Positions 50,759 to 58,330 of a DNA stretch of 60,156 nt are shown here, one piece after another. The notes beneath the pieces were generated by a model. It saw only the letters and a list, made by a program, of their open reading frames with translations. It had not been told where the DNA came from and did no database searches. This DNA is from a virus, in the IMG/VR virus record IMGVR_UViG_3300029805_000006, positions 1 to 60,156 of that record; one strand, written 5' to 3'. Position 1 is the stretch's first letter. Every line of letters begins with the position of its first letter. The position numbers and the translations under genes are program-made.

Positions 50759-53303
50759 GGTATAGTTTCCTCAGTTGAGGGGCTGTGATTTCTTCGTCTA
50801 GGGCGTTGAGCAATTTGTCCATGGGGATTTGAAGCACTCGAACTCTATCTTCGTCTATCCTGACTCGGAGCTGTTTGAGAATGTCTGAGTTTCCAACGGG
50901 ACCAAGAGCCAAGGTGACGGCCTTCTTCAGAAGATGGATGGAGATGCTGTTGCCTTGCGCGTCAACGGTGACGGCAGGGAAACCATTGAGTTGGAAGGAT
51001 AGGATCCCGTCCTCGATCCAAAACAGACTGCCTCTCTCCCACTCGAAGTCGGACTTGTTCTCCAAGCGTTTGATGAGGTGCCTCCAGAACATGACGCCGA
51101 TGTCATAGACTTGGTTCTTCAATGTTTCGCTCATGCCTTTGGAGCTGGCTGAGAATGACTTGCCGAGTTCTTTCATACGTTCCCTTTCTAGGTTTCCGCC
51201 CACGGTCATTTTGTTGTTCACGAAACCATACTTCTGATCGTCCGGCAGGTTTTGCCAGAGCCATAGGATGTGGGCAGCGATGGCCTTCGGGGCCTTGCTA
51301 CGATCTCGCGGGTCTACCCACTCTTGAGTGAGCAACCATTCAGCGATGTCCTTGCGTTCGTTCTCGATCATGAAGTACCTACTTTGCAGTGCTGGCCAAT
51401 CTGCGTCCGAGAACGCGAAGTTGGAAAGGGGCCGCATGAGTACGTCGATGTTCTGGAGGTTGTTGCACACGATGAATGCCACGGGGCTCGCGTTGCAGAG
51501 GAAGGCGGGGATGCCTTTCGGATTCACGCGGTAGCCTGAGCCTGCGAGGATCTTGCGGAACTCCAACTCCTCGTTGTTTGATTCGGTTGAACTGAATGAC
51601 CTACCGATGCGCTCCTCAAAAACCATGAGCGGTGAATGCTGCATGCTATCGTTGTGCGTGCTGGCCAACTGACCTAGAGCTTCCACTTGGTTTTTGAAGA
51701 CGTAATTGAGGGCCTGGGCGAACAGTGTCTTGCCGATGTCGGCGGTGCCTCGGAGGATGAGGGCTGCGCGAGTGGCTTCCTTGTTGGGGACCGAGGCCAA
51801 CCAACTCACGAGGCGACTGTAGTCGTTCCCTCCCAAGAGCCTGATGTATTGGTCCACGCCTTCGGAGTACGTTGGGTTGATGACCTTGGTCAACGGGTGG
51901 CCTTCGGGGTGGATGGTCACCGAGCCGTTGGCTGCTTCAAAAACCACGGCAACTTTATACGAACGGAAGTCCGGGTCGGACTCCTCGGCGTTGAGAGAGT
52001 TCTCCTCCAAAATAGCGGCAGCCGAGAGATCCTTCTGTGCTCCCTTATCGTCGATGTACTGGAGTTGGATGCCCTTGGCTAGAGGGTGTTGTTTGAGGGC
52101 CCTGTTGAGTCCTCCAGGTCCGCCGTCATATTCGATGGGTCCTTCGTAGTCTCCAGTGATCGGGTTGAGCAGGTAGAACTTGTTGCCTCCAACCACCTTC
52201 AACATTCGCATGCGGTGGGGCTCGGCCCGGAATGCCTGCGGTGCCTCTGCTACCACCTGGGTCTGGAGGATGGCTGCTTCGATCTCGTCCGCGTCGAGGT
52301 TCTCTGCTATGCGGCGTTCCCGCTCGGCAGCGTTCATGCGCTCGACCATAGACCATAGCGTATCGACCCACGATAGCTCGCCTGGGTCCTCGTCTTCCTC
52401 GTCCAGATCTAGGCACAAATCCTGGAGCACCGAAAAAGTCTGCTCCTCGTCCAGGCCTCGCGCTAGGCACTGGCCTACCATGGACAGTAGGGCTGAGTTC
52501 CAGCCCGGCCAATTACCTTTGGCCAGGGTCTCGGGGGAGAGGGCGTCGGCTGCCTCTAAGGCCATGGCCGTTGCTGTCCCTTTGAGAGTGTTGGCGATGA
52601 GCTTGGAGAACTCCTCCAGGATGGCCTCGGGGTTGCCGGGCGCATCGGTTGTGAGGCCCTGTATGGGCGCAGGAGCCCTCGAAGGCGTGTAGTGCCCAAC
52701 GACTCGCGGGGGAGACACTTCGTCGCTTAGATCGAGCAGCAGAGCGCCTGGGAGAGGGGAAACGAATACCCTGTGCCATTGGTCCGTGGAGGCGTCCTCA
52801 AACACGATCTCAGGGACCTCCATCATGATGGTAGCCATGAGGGCGAGGATCGAAGGCTTGTAGTGGCTGACGTGGATGGGCTCGGCCAGTTGGTAGACCC
52901 AACGGGACCCGCTCGCGGTGCTGTACCACCATGCAGGTTTCATGTGCTCTGGCAGCGTGGCCACGATCATCATGTGCTCGACCATCTCTTCGTCTGAGTA
53001 CCACTTGCGGTGCCCGGGGAGGTCGTAGTCCAGCACGAGGTAGTTGACCTCCACGGGGCTGTCAGGACCTACAGAGATATGGTCCTTCTTGACGCGGTGG
53101 GGAATGCGTTCGGGAATGGAGTAGGTCAGAAAACACGGCCACCGTTCTTTGTCGGGAGTGTCTCCAGGGGATGAGGACTGAGCCTCACGCAGGAGGGTAC
53201 CCATGTCAGGATACTCAGCTCCTTTGCACCAGTCTTGAATATCTGATTCAGGACATTCTGCGCTGTAACTGTTGACGTTCAATCGTCCTACCAGCCATAC
53301 CAT
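50751..53303 (-). CDS. primase-helicase: putative prim-pol N-terminus plus a D5/P4-type SF3 NTPase
   Basis: 850 aa. The YLVLDYDLPGH (DxD) and SGSRWVYQL motifs are AEP-like. Walker A LILRGTADIGKTLF and Walker B-like PLMVFEE. Confidence 0.65.
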   Translation of the reverse strand: MVWLVGRLNVNSYSAECPESDIQDWCKGAEYPDMGTLLREAQSSSPGDTPDKERWPCFLTYSIPERIPHRVKKDHISVGPDSPVEVNYLVLDYDLPGHRKWYSDEEMVEHMMIVATLPEHMKPAWWYSTASGSRWVYQLAEPIHVSHYKPSILALMATIMMEVPEIVFEDASTDQWHRVFVSPLPGALLLDLSDEVSPPRVVGHYTPSRAPAPIQGLTTDAPGNPEAILEEFSKLIANTLKGTATAMALEAADALSPETLAKGNWPGWNSALLSMVGQCLARGLDEEQTFSVLQDLCLDLDEEDEDPGELSWVDTLWSMVERMNAAERERRIAENLDADEIEAAILQTQVVAEAPQAFRAEPHRMRMLKVVGGNKFYLLNPITGDYEGPIEYDGGPGGLNRALKQHPLAKGIQLQYIDDKGAQKDLSAAAILEENSLNAEESDPDFRSYKVAVVFEAANGSVTIHPEGHPLTKVINPTYSEGVDQYIRLLGGNDYSRLVSWLASVPNKEATRAALILRGTADIGKTLFAQALNYVFKNQVEALGQLASTHNDSMQHSPLMVFEERIGRSFSSTESNNEELEFRKILAGSGYRVNPKGIPAFLCNASPVAFIVCNNLQNIDVLMRPLSNFAFSDADWPALQSRYFMIENERKDIAEWLLTQEWVDPRDRSKAPKAIAAHILWLWQNLPDDQKYGFVNNKMTVGGNLERERMKELGKSFSASSKGMSETLKNQVYDIGVMFWRHLIKRLENKSDFEWERGSLFWIEDGILSFQLNGFPAVTVDAQGNSISIHLLKKAVTLALGPVGNSDILKQLRVRIDEDRVRVLQIPMDKLLNALDEEITAPQLRKLYHA

Positions 53304-53549
53304 TTAGCGTGCCACCCTTTCGAGTACGTCTTGGGAATCGGTGAGGATGTGCTCTACTTCCATGAGGGTGTGTCCCATCGCGTAAGCGGAGGCATAGTGC
53401 GCCTCGGCCACGGCCATCTTGAGGTCGGTGCCTAGCTCGCGCAATTCAAGAGACCAATGATCACATGCCATTTGGGCAGTGATCAGGGCGTCTCCGAGGG
53501 TGCCTGATTGGATGGCTTTTTCTATTGCTTCTTTCAACTGTTCGTCCAT
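53304..53549 (-). CDS. hypothetical protein (81 aa)
   Basis: ORF track; abuts the primase gene. Confidence 0.55.
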   Translation of the reverse strand: MDEQLKEAIEKAIQSGTLGDALITAQMACDHWSLELRELGTDLKMAVAEAHYASAYAMGHTLMEVEHILTDSQDVLERVAR

Positions 53550-53571
53550 AACAAGAGGGACCCTACCTTAT

Positions 53572-53682
53572 TCAGGAGAGTTTGGCAAGGTCGAAATACA
53601 TAATGGCTCCGATCATGGCTGCCACGTAGATGACCACCACTAGGAGGGTCAGGAAGTACTTTACTGTCTCTTCAAGTTTCAT
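53572..53682 (-). CDS. small membrane protein (36 aa)
   Basis: Hand translation gives MKLEETVKYFLTLLVVVIYVAAMIGAIMYFDLAKLS. ATGA overlap with the upstream gene. Confidence 0.4.
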   Translation of the reverse strand: MKLEETVKYFLTLLVVVIYVAAMIGAIMYFDLAKLS

Positions 53683-53888
53683 AGTCCTAGCCTCGTCCAA
53701 TCACTGTCGCAATTGAGACTATCCATGACGTAAGGGATGTCGTTCATGATCTTGAATGAAGAGGCGTCTTGGAAGTTCCAGCAGTGCCAGTACTCTCCCT
53801 TGAAGAACGTGCAAGGGTACATGGGAAGGAAGTCGATCAGGTTGCCATGGAGTAGCCACCATTGGTATGCTTTCATAGCGATCATCAT
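53679..53888 (-). CDS. hypothetical Trp/Cys-rich protein (69 aa)
   Basis: Start set at the ATG at 53888 (ATGA overlap). Confidence 0.5.
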   Translation of the reverse strand: MMIAMKAYQWWLLHGNLIDFLPMYPCTFFKGEYWHCWNFQDASSFKIMNDIPYVMDSLNCDSDWTRLGL

Positions 53889-54079
53889 GAGGGTGCCTCC
53901 GCGTCCATCCAATGAGTAATACGACTGAGCCTAAGGTGGAGTTGCCCTGTTATGCAGAGCCATTCGTCATGTCTAAGTTCATAGTATCCGAACTCAATAG
54001 ATTTATAATGATCGTCCCAAAACATCACGGCACGAGAAGGGTCGGGGAGTCGGTCAGTTACTTTGATCCATTTATTCAT
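53885..54079 (-). CDS. DUF551-like protein, paralog 1 (64 aa)
   Basis: MNKWIKVTDRLPD...ITHWMDAEAP follows the W-I-x-V-x-D-x-L-P ... (V/I)-T-H-W pattern. Confidence 0.55.
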   Translation of the reverse strand: MNKWIKVTDRLPDPSRAVMFWDDHYKSIEFGYYELRHDEWLCITGQLHLRLSRITHWMDAEAPS

Positions 54080-54264
54080 GATGTAGGTCCTTCGATTTCG
54101 GCCCAGTGAGTCACGTCATTCTGGAACGAAATTTCGTTGCCTCTAGGTGTCTCCCATTTATTGTAGAAGTGATTGAAGGCTCCAAGCATTAGGTCTCCGT
54201 TGTACCAGATAAGAATCCGGCGGGAGTCTCCAGGCTTGGTGTGTTTGACGCTGATCCATTTCAT
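54076..54264 (-). CDS. DUF551-like protein, paralog 2 (62 aa)
   Basis: MKWISVKHTKPGD...VTHWAEIEGP. Confidence 0.55.
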   Translation of the reverse strand: MKWISVKHTKPGDSRRILIWYNGDLMLGAFNHFYNKWETPRGNEISFQNDVTHWAEIEGPTS

Positions 54265-54665
54265 TTGGTTTTTATCCTTAGTCTTAGTACAGAGGGGTCG
54301 TGACCTAGAGCGATGCCTATGGCCTTGATGATTGTTTCGGTTCCTTTCTTGTCACATGTGTCTACTTCTTGACTTAGGAAGATGCCGCATGATTTGATTG
54401 CGAGGATCATTGCGCGTCCTGGTTGATCAAGATGCTTACCTAAGGCGTGGGCATGACCTGCGGCTTTGATCCTACCGTTGTCGCGCACTTCGAAGTAGCA
54501 TGCCACGTACTCCCCTAGCTTGCCGTAGAAAGTAGCCTTGACCACGAGGTCAGTGCTCCAAGTATTGAAGGCAGCCATTGTGATTTGCAGAAAGGGATTG
54601 TACCGATACTTAGTAAGCGTCCGGTTGGGTAGTACCGCCGGGGTCTTGGGTAGGGTAGCTCTCAT
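54261..54665 (-). CDS. hypothetical protein (134 aa)
   Basis: Start set at MRATLPK (ATGA overlap). Confidence 0.55.
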   Translation of the reverse strand: MRATLPKTPAVLPNRTLTKYRYNPFLQITMAAFNTWSTDLVVKATFYGKLGEYVACYFEVRDNGRIKAAGHAHALGKHLDQPGRAMILAIKSCGIFLSQEVDTCDKKGTETIIKAIGIALGHDPSVLRLRIKTK

Positions 54666-54853
54666 GCCAACCTCCACTTCACGATGCTGGGTGCTTGAAC
54701 GAATAGCTCCCCGGTCGGAGTCGTGCCTAAAGGTCGCATGAACAAGTTGGCCGTTGCATCGTAGTGACCTTCGAACTCTTCGCCGTGTCGATCAACCAAT
54801 ACCAGAGGTACGTTGTCGGGCGGGAGCTTCATGAACGGACTGTTCCAGTTCAT
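54662..54853 (-). CDS. DUF551-like protein, paralog 3, divergent (63 aa)
   Basis: Start set at MNWNSPFMKLPPDNVPLVLVD... and the protein ends ..SIVKWRLA. ATGA overlap. Confidence 0.45.
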   Translation of the reverse strand: MNWNSPFMKLPPDNVPLVLVDRHGEEFEGHYDATANLFMRPLGTTPTGELFVQAPSIVKWRLA

Positions 54854-55224
54854 TTCTGGTAGCCCCACTTGCGGGCAGTTTCGTTGTAGCCTTCGTTCCA
54901 TGCTTCCTCGTCCTTAGGATCAGTCGTGTACTCGTCCATCATCGGGCAGGGTGTGTCCAAACCATACTCTTCAGGAGTTGGCCGTGAGGGCGTCTGCGGA
55001 ACCTGGAGCTTCAACTGCCTAGCGATCAGCGCGATCCTCTGGCGGGGCCATACGTCCTTCGAGAGATGGTCTGAGTTGATTCGCATGAGCATGAGTCCGT
55101 CCTTGTTGGCGGCTCGAATGCCTTTGGCTCTGGACCATGACTTGCATGCTTCGTTGTAGAGTTCGACGCGAGCTTCTTTGCTTTCCGCTTGGTCGATCAG
55201 GTTGTGGTATTGGTCTTGGTTCAT
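54850..55224 (-). CDS. hypothetical protein (124 aa)
   Basis: ORF track. Confidence 0.55.
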   Translation of the reverse strand: MNQDQYHNLIDQAESKEARVELYNEACKSWSRAKGIRAANKDGLMLMRINSDHLSKDVWPRQRIALIARQLKLQVPQTPSRPTPEEYGLDTPCPMMDEYTTDPKDEEAWNEGYNETARKWGYQK

Positions 55225-55460
55225 GAGAAGAGACTACCCGCGTCTTGGGTTCTAGTAAGCATTCTTTCTGAAATTCTTACTGAGGTGTTTCGAACTGAGT
55301 CAGTAAAATCGTCCTGCTTGAGAGTACGACCGATGATGGTCTCCAGGCAGCCGATGCAGAGGCACCCGCGCAGGCCAGCAGGCCACACGCTCTTGTGGAC
55401 TTCGTAGAACTCACCGATCTGTTTGGTGTGTACCTTGCATAGGTTGCAGTGCCAATTCAC
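55221..55460 (-). CDS. four-Cys zinc-binding protein (79 aa)
   Basis: CNLC ... CLCIGCLETIIGRTL pattern; ORF track. Confidence 0.55.
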   Translation of the reverse strand: MNWHCNLCKVHTKQIGEFYEVHKSVWPAGLRGCLCIGCLETIIGRTLKQDDFTDSVRNTSVRISERMLTRTQDAGSLFS

Positions 55461-55696
55461 GATTCGTTCCTAAGGATCTGAGCCTCTTCTGCTTCGGCTT
55501 CCAGCTTCTCAACCTTCTCCATGAGGCGACGAATGGTCGCGGCCATAGGCATGATGTATTCAATGAGCAGGAAATTCTCTGCGTGATCTATATCGGTGTG
55601 GTGACCATCGTTGCAAGTGTAGGAGGGAGCGGGGAAGTCTGGACTGTCTTTGAGCCATTCGGGCGATTTGCCGTTTAGGAAGTCGTGGTTTTGCAT
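55457..55696 (-). CDS. hypothetical protein (79 aa)
   Basis: ORF track. Confidence 0.5.
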   Translation of the reverse strand: MQNHDFLNGKSPEWLKDSPDFPAPSYTCNDGHHTDIDHAENFLLIEYIMPMAATIRRLMEKVEKLEAEAEEAQILRNES

Positions 55697-55699
55697 GAT

Positions 55700-56179
55700 T
55701 TAGCCTGTGCCTAGCACGCCTTGGAGTGCGATGAGGATGCGCCTTCGGTAATCGTCGCCAGTGTTTCGTGCTTCAACGTCCAACATGCTTGAGAGTTTGT
55801 CGATGATTCGTCCCTCGTGGTAGTTGTCTGCTTGTTGTAGAACGTCTACGATGCTGAATACAGCGGCCTTGAGTACGAGGGCTTTCTCGTGCGCCTCGGA
55901 GATCTGAGGTTCCTTCTTTTCTTTTCCGTCCTGCGTCTCAGTATCTAGTAAGGGTTCACCGTTCAACCACGTTTCAATGATCTTGTAATTGTCTGCGCAC
56001 TCGGTTCCGTTGGAGTACCTGCCTGTTTCTATTGCTAGGCGTGCTTCATAATCACGATCAAATCCGTAGGCTGTGCCGGAGAGACCTTTTTTGGAAATGA
56101 TGCAGTGTATTTGATCTGTGAGGATCCCGTCTGCGTGAAAATTCTTTAGCAGGGCCCTTACATGTTTTACAGTCTTCAT
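55700..56179 (-). CDS. hypothetical protein (159 aa)
   Basis: ORF track. Confidence 0.55.
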   Translation of the reverse strand: MKTVKHVRALLKNFHADGILTDQIHCIISKKGLSGTAYGFDRDYEARLAIETGRYSNGTECADNYKIIETWLNGEPLLDTETQDGKEKKEPQISEAHEKALVLKAAVFSIVDVLQQADNYHEGRIIDKLSSMLDVEARNTGDDYRRRILIALQGVLGTG

Positions 56180-56589
56180 AGTTGGAAGTTTCCTTCGAGG
56201 GTGTGGCTACCGTCTTGCGCGACTCGTAGCGTGTAGGTGTTGCCGGGGATGAGGTTGAGGTCTCCGAAGTGGAGAGGCTGGACGGGCTCGGTAAGTGAGA
56301 ACGGTTCGCTTGGTGCGGTCAGATCTATCACGGACTCGGTCTCTTCGGTCAGTAGCGGGTGTTCGATTTGCTTGCCTTTAAACCATACCTCTACGACTTC
56401 GAAGGGCTCGACCTTGCCTAGATTTTCTGTGTACTCTCCTGTCCTTTGCCAGTGTTCGACGTTGGAAGCGTAGTCCCAGGTGTAATTGTCCGACCCGTCT
56501 TCCCGTTGGCGTTTGATAACCGCCACGGGCTCTTTACTTTCTAGGGAATTATTGCGGGCTCTGTCGGAAGTTCTTTGGTAGTTGCTCAT
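56176..56589 (-). CDS. hypothetical protein (137 aa)
   Basis: ORF track. Confidence 0.55.
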   Translation of the reverse strand: MSNYQRTSDRARNNSLESKEPVAVIKRQREDGSDNYTWDYASNVEHWQRTGEYTENLGKVEPFEVVEVWFKGKQIEHPLLTEETESVIDLTAPSEPFSLTEPVQPLHFGDLNLIPGNTYTLRVAQDGSHTLEGNFQL

Positions 56590-56593
56590 GATT

Positions 56594-57052
56594 TTAGTTT
56601 ACCCGGTAGAAGAAGAACCTGCCGCATGCGCTTTGAATTTCTTCGTTGTCGTAGTGGCTGAGGAAGTGGCCCCTGCCGTCTGTGTCGATTGCGCCTTGAA
56701 CCAGAATGTCGAAGTTCTTAGGACCAACGCCTCGGATCAGGCTCAAGAGGTCTTCGTTGGCTTCCTCGCATCGGTCGCCTTGAATAGCGATGACTCCCGA
56801 AACGGTCATGCCTTCGGGCATGTAGTCCACAAGCCAAGAGGGAGTGAAGGCCCAGAGGCTTTCCTTGATCTGCTCGGTTGCAGCTTCGAGGGCTTCTGCG
56901 TCATTGAGGACCAACCATTCTCCTGCGTCAGCGATCACGTCCGCCATAGCGAAAGTGTTGTTGTCGTAGAGGTGGACCACGTCAGGTAAGGGTGTCTCGG
57001 CTGATAGGAGTTGAAGGGCGTCGATGCGTTCTTGTTGTGTGGGCGTTTGCAT
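56594..57052 (-). CDS. strongly acidic early protein (152 aa)
   Basis: The ATG at 57052 is preferred over the track's TTG at 57109. A hand count gives about 25 D/E versus 8 K/R. The protein ends GRGHFLSHYDNEEIQSACGRFFFYRVN. Confidence 0.55.
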   Translation of the reverse strand: MQTPTQQERIDALQLLSAETPLPDVVHLYDNNTFAMADVIADAGEWLVLNDAEALEAATEQIKESLWAFTPSWLVDYMPEGMTVSGVIAIQGDRCEEANEDLLSLIRGVGPKNFDILVQGAIDTDGRGHFLSHYDNEEIQSACGRFFFYRVN

Positions 57053-57089
57053 GGTTGTATGGTAGCGGGTTGAGGTTGAGTCGGTCGGG

Positions 57090-57617
57090 TTATTCTTCGA
57101 GAGTATCAATCTTGGACTGGAGTTCGACCACCAGATCCACCAGAGTTTCGTTCTCTAGTTTGAGGGCCTTGATTTCAGGTAGCAGTTCGAGGTCGATCAT
57201 CTCGTTGGCTAAGGCCAATGCTTTCTTCTTTTTGCGTTTGGGCCTGGGCTGAGGTAGACCAATGTTCGATGCCGCCGCTTGGTGTGACAGAATGTCTCCT
57301 GAAATGTAGAGGTGGCTGGGGTTGAAGCAGAAGGGATTGTGGCACGCCTTGTTGAGCCTGTGCGGGACTTTACCGTTATGGACAAGAGACCATGCGACTT
57401 GGTACAGAGTGATCCTACGGCCCTCGTGGAGGCGCTGAGGTCTAGGAGTCGCTGAGGTGTGATTCCAGCAACTCTCAAGCCGCATGTGTTTGTCGGCGGG
57501 GGTCTGTCCAGGATATGCCTCCTTGGTATGGGTGAAGGCCAAGTCCCTCAGGGAGTGGTCTGTGTCGAAGGCCTCATAAAAGGATCGGAGTTGTCCGATG
57601 GTGGTGATGGTAGTCAT
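57090..57617 (-). CDS. HNH_3-type nuclease / DNA-binding protein with a basic patch and a C-terminal coiled coil
   Basis: Start set at MTTITTIGQ (57617). CWNHTS...LYQVAWSLVHNGKVPHRLNKACHNPFCFNPSHLY matches the H-x-C-x-N-x-x-C-x-N-P-x-H-L signature. It ends PRPKRKKKK + LELLPEIKALKLENETLVDLVVELQSKIDTLEE. Confidence 0.55.
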   Translation of the reverse strand: MTTITTIGQLRSFYEAFDTDHSLRDLAFTHTKEAYPGQTPADKHMRLESCWNHTSATPRPQRLHEGRRITLYQVAWSLVHNGKVPHRLNKACHNPFCFNPSHLYISGDILSHQAAASNIGLPQPRPKRKKKKALALANEMIDLELLPEIKALKLENETLVDLVVELQSKIDTLEE

Positions 57618-57940
57618 GCCGAAGCATACCACAGCAAATGGTATATGTGTGCAGTATTCCTTAATTCCAAGAAACAGGATTTGAGGACTGAAAAGAGTGT
57701 GCAGGATCTTGTCCCGTGGGCACAAAAAAATCGAGATCGGTGGCAGCAGTAGGATATTTGTGAATCGACGGAATTTACCTCCTTAATTACTTTAATTAAG
57801 CGATTTTTGGGTATTTTAGGGTGATTTCCAAGAAATGTAAGACAATCTCTATCTTTTACTACCCCCTGGACCAAGAAGAGTAAAGAGTGGTAGAAAACGG
57901 GCCTCCTGATAGCTAGAACCCATGGTCTGATTGAGGACAT

Positions 57941-58017
57941 TGGACAAACGTGGTCCACCCCTCAAGCGACCCGGCCTTTTTTCGTGGGTCGCTTGAGTGA
58001 TGGACCTCGTTTGTCCA
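57941..58017. repeat. 77-bp near-perfect palindrome (long hairpin or cruciform)
   Basis: Arms TGGACAAACG TGGTCCACCC CTCAAGCGACCC and GGGTCGCTTGAG TGATGGACCT CGTTTGTCCA, giving 10 + 7 of 10 + 12 paired bases. The 13-nt loop is GGCCTTTTTTCGT. A partial direct copy, CCTCAAGCGGGCCGGC, lies at 58021. Confidence 0.85.
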
Positions 58018-58111
58018 ACCTCCTCAAGCGGGCCGGCATTTGGAGCCTCTGAGAGGGGTGCACACTTCATGTCAAAATGTAAAATCCAAGAGTCACTTTC
58101 TGCTAATTAAG

Positions 58112-58210
58112 CGTATTTCGTCTCAGTTTGCAGTTTGGTTTAAGTGTGCAGTTCGTATTTCGTCCCAGTAAGCAGTTCGTCCTTGGTCCCAGTATGCAGT
58201 TTGAAACAGG
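58112..58210. repeat. iteron-like array with a 24-bp period
   Basis: GCAGTT starts at 58130, 58148, 58172 and 58196. Full units are GCAGTTCGTATTTCGTCCCAGTA and GCAGTTCGTCCTTGGTCCCAGTA. A related CGTATTTCGTCTCAGT lies at 58112. Confidence 0.75.
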
Positions 58211-58230
58211 AGGACCACTCAGAATGAGAA

Positions 58231-58330
58231 TGGTTTGGAGCGCCGATCTGGTAGGACCGTTATGAGACACTGCCAATCTGGCAGGACCTTTATGAGACAC
58301 GCCAGATTGGCACCTGCCAGATTGGCAGAT
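58231..58330. promoter_or_regulatory. ~30-bp tandem units carrying CTGCCA-N3-TGGCAG palindromes (operator-like)
   Basis: Perfect palindromes at 58270-58284 (CTGCCAATCTGGCAG) and 58314-58328 (CTGCCAGATTGGCAG). A partial GCCAGATTGGC lies at 58301-58311 and a degenerate CGCCGATCTGGTAGG at 58241-58255. Units begin TATGAGACAC. Confidence 0.65.

Noticed and set aside
58307-58320. Sigma54 promoter (TGGCAC at 58308-58313)
   Set aside because: The required TTGC(A/T) five bases downstream is absent; the sequence continues CTGCCAGAT. The TGGCA is explained as a palindrome half-site.
58231-58330. CRISPR-like array
   Set aside because: The units are about 30 bp, directly abutting and degenerate, with internal palindromes and no spacers. 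That is the character of operators or iterons.
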